From NCBI RefSeq assembly GCF_036971445.1, contig NC_091475.1, positions 55,800,001 to 55,864,000 on the forward strand: 64,000 bases of DNA. Direction: 5' to 3'. The notes below the pieces were generated by a model. It had not been told where the DNA came from, did no database searches, and worked only from the letters and a program-made list of their open reading frames with translations. Below are positions 61,093 through 64,000 of this stretch, piece after piece (position 1 is the first letter of the stretch; each line of letters starts with the position of its first letter). A program made the position numbers and the translations under genes. The DNA comes from Narcine bancroftii. Lineage: Eukaryota.

Positions 61093-61665
61093 AACTGGAC
61101 AATGAAGGTTTTGCTTTCTGAACACTTTTAGGTGTATTTAATGGGTTTTGGGCTGATGATCAGAAAAATCACCTTAAAATCTTCCTTTAAAGATATAGCC
61201 TTTTTTTCTGATTTCCTGTCATATTTTAAGTCCACTTCAAGCGTACAAAACCATGAAGTGTAACATGTCATTGAAAATTCATTTTCTGCATTCACACTTG
61301 GTCCTCTTCCCTGCTGATCTTGGTGGAGTCAGTGACAAACATGGTGAAAGTTTCACCAGGATTTACGACCATAGGAAAGTCATATCAGGGCAACTCAATT
61401 CCATCAATGCTGGCCGACTGTTATTAGACACTGACACAAGAGACATCAGATGCTGAGTACAAATGAGAATCTGCGGCAAAATATTTTAAGGTCAGTTGAA
61501 TGAAAGCAATGTATTCATTATGCGATTAAACATTCTAAATTCAATAAAATCTAATTTAACGTTATTACAAATTCCTACGTGATGCAGCAAATCTGACATT
61601 GAAATTGTATATCAAAATCCCCATTTTCAGGAAGCAAACCTTTTGTAAAAACGTGTTGTCCAATG
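61093..61665 (+). mobile_element. non-autonomous Chapaev3-like (CMC) DNA transposon
   Basis: KCNMSLKIHFLHSHL..FPADLGGVSD.HGE transposase C-terminus; inverted ends aactggacaa and ttgtccaatg flanked by taa; family call from memory of the motif. Confidence 0.65.
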
Positions 61666-61849
61666 TAATTTCTTTCTCCCCCCCCCCTTCCTAAAGAATG
61701 GTGTGACATTTGTAATGTTCCAGTCCTCCAGAACCATTCCAGACTCCAACGATACATGAAAGATCATTACTCCTGCCTCCATCATCTTTTCAGCTCCATC
61801 TTTTAGAATCCTGCGGTGTAGTCCATCGGCTCCAAGTAACTTCTCCACC

Positions 61850-62143
61850 TTCATTGAAAATTCATTTTCTGCATTCACACTTGGTCCTCTTCCCTGCTGA
61901 TCTTGGTGGAGTCAGTGACGAACATGGTGAAAGGTTTCACCAGGATATTACGACCATAGGAAAGTCATATCAGGGCAACTCAATTCCATCAATGCTGGCC
62001 GACTGTTATTAGACACTGACACAAGAGACATCAGATGCTGAGTACAAATGAGAATCAGCGGCAAAATATTTTAAGGTCAGTTGAATGAAAGCAATGTATT
62101 CATTATGCGATTAAACATTCTCAATTCAATAAAATCTAATTTA
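61850..62143 (+). repeat. local duplicate of 61269-61558
   Basis: near-identical 290-bp copy with a few substitutions and indels. Confidence 0.95.
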
Positions 62144-62649
62144 GTAATTACCACTGCACACACTGCTGCCCCTGACTCTCTTGAATTTCTGGCTGGTGCC
62201 TTCCATAGTCAAGAATGATACAAGATACTCATTTAATTCATCCACCTTTTCTTTGTTCCTCTTTATCGCTTATCCAGCAGATCGATGTCTGATCCTGCCT
62301 CTCTTTTACTCTGTATCTGAAGAATCTTTGGCATCCTTTTTTATGTTACTGGCTCACTTTCTTTCATATTTCATCTCTTCTTTCCATGTTAAATCTCTCA
62401 AAAACCATGAAGCAATGGTGAAGGGGAATCCATGATACACGAAGGAATGAATAATGGACAAGAAGGCAACACAACCAAAGCATTCCCATGAGAAATAGAA
62501 ATAGCTTTTACTAAGATGCATTTCTAACAGATCTTTCTTCAGGAATAAAGTGTCATGAACATTTTTTTTCAGTTGCACAGTCTTAATTTGATCTCATGAT
62601 TTCGAACCTGGTAAGCATTTATACACAATCTCATTGCATTTCTCAGATC

Positions 62650-63100
62650 AAACTGTGAGGAGTGAAATGTGATGAACCCAACAAGAAGCTATTGAGGCTG
62701 AGAACAATATCTGCTGGCCAGAGGGTGATGGCGGAGGGGGGACTTGTTGGTCTGTCATTGAGAAAAAAGTGAAGGGCTTTGAAGCCTTGAGGTGGAATGG
62801 AGGTGTATAGCGATTGGATGTCCATAGTGAAGATGAGGTGGTCAAGAAAGTTGTTGAAGTGATGGAGGTATCTCTAATATAGGTAGGAAGGTACTAGACT
62901 GGGGGAGGGGGAGGAAATAGTACAAAACAGGGACAAGTTATGCAGATACCAGTTCAATGGGGCAGAAATAATGGTCTACCAGGACAATTGAATTTGCGAA
63001 TCTTGGGTAGGAGGTAGAACCGGGAAGGGCTAAGTTGGGAAACAATGAGGTTGGAAGCCATGTAAGTGAGGTGAGTGGAAGTAGTGAGGGCAAAGATATT
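62650..63100 (-). mobile_element. Penelope RT fragment
   Basis: RFYLLPKIRKFNCPGRP, TMDIQSLYTSIP, ADIVLSLNSF. Confidence 0.9.
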
Positions 63101-63105
63101 AGGTG

Positions 63106-63406
63106 TGACAAAACCTTTTAAGCTTCTCCAACACTGAGGATGTGTAACAGACCGGCCAACAAAATGGCCGACAAACGCAGAGACCACGCAGACCGGGGGG
63201 AGGGGGGGCGGGGAGTAATACCGGCTGTCATCCCAGGTGACCTCCACACAGCGGGAAGATGGGGGGAACTCTGGCGGGAACATCGGCCAATCCGAGGCCG
63301 GCGCTCCAATGAAGCGGGGCCCTGAAGTCAGCGCGAAGGCCAGAGCAATAAATCAGTCTCGCTTTCCGAGGCTTTGGTGCGCATGTCGTTCTTCTCCACA
63401 CTCACA
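63106..63406 (+). mobile_element. young CpG-rich solo LTR
   Basis: TG..CA, AATAAA at about 63347, 4-bp TSD ggtg at 63102-63105 and 63407-63410. Confidence 0.8.
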
Positions 63407-64000
63407 GGTGCACTAAAATGCTGAAATGAGTTGTGACTTTTCATCCAACAGTGTTGCCATTGCATAATATCAAAACTGATGGGATTAACACCTTCCTATC
63501 TTTTAAAATATAGAGTTTGGCCGACAAATTTGTGACAGCAGCATTTTCCTCATCCATTTTGTAAAAATCACTGAAAATTTCCCCTTCAATTTTTTTTTAT
63601 TTTACTCTGATCTTCAATATATATTTTTATTTCAATGGTGTTGCAGTTCATTTACAAATAGACAGCTTGTAAATTGCTAAACATCTCCAACAGTGACATG
63701 CAGCATATCACTGAATACCTGGCAGGAAACCCTTTACTTTGTTTAGAAGTTTTATTCAATTTGAAGACATTTTTATATTGAGGAGAGTGGAATTTCCAAC
63801 AAATGCACTGGCAATATATGGCACAAATGCCAAAGTGGCCTTTACACCTTTTTCAGTAAATTGGAAATCAAACTAACCAATGTGGATTATGAAATATTGC
63901 TTATTTAAATTGTTGCATTGTAAGTGATGCACAAGCTAGTCTGGATTATTAATGATCATTTGGACCAAAAGATAGGAGCTATTTTTAGGACATCCCACAC

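Larger units (their letters stand above)
58830..62390 (-). mobile_element. CR1-like LINE with several nested insertions
   Basis: 3' UTR accataagacataggagc on plus; SLESGMVLEDWNITNVTP; aaccatgctga (QHGF reverse). Confidence 0.85.

Overview
Eukaryotic, AT-rich, repeat-dense genomic DNA with three N gaps. The repeat inventory (CR1/HER1-like LINEs, tRNA-derived HE1-like SINEs, Rex1/Babar, RTE, L1, Penelope) points to a vertebrate, most likely a cartilaginous fish (inference). I see no intact host gene, rRNA, tRNA or CRISPR array. Most of the window is nested transposon debris: three recent RTE copies (one near full length with a GC-rich tandem 5' array), many CR1, L1, Rex1 and Penelope fragments, seven solo LTRs, a truncated Gypsy element, hAT MITEs and a Chapaev-like element. 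Between the repeats at about 0.9-31.8 kb on the minus strand lies a chain of exon-like segments with splice sites and mutually consistent phases but many stop codons. I read this as a decayed multi-exon gene that I cannot name. Other notable signals are a Gypsy element lacking a tRNA PBS whose post-LTR sequence pairs with its own LTR poly(A) signal, and minimal hammerhead-like motifs in Penelope remnants. No new biological system is demonstrated; these are candidates. Family names come from motif recognition, not database searches, and boundaries of old repeats are approximate.
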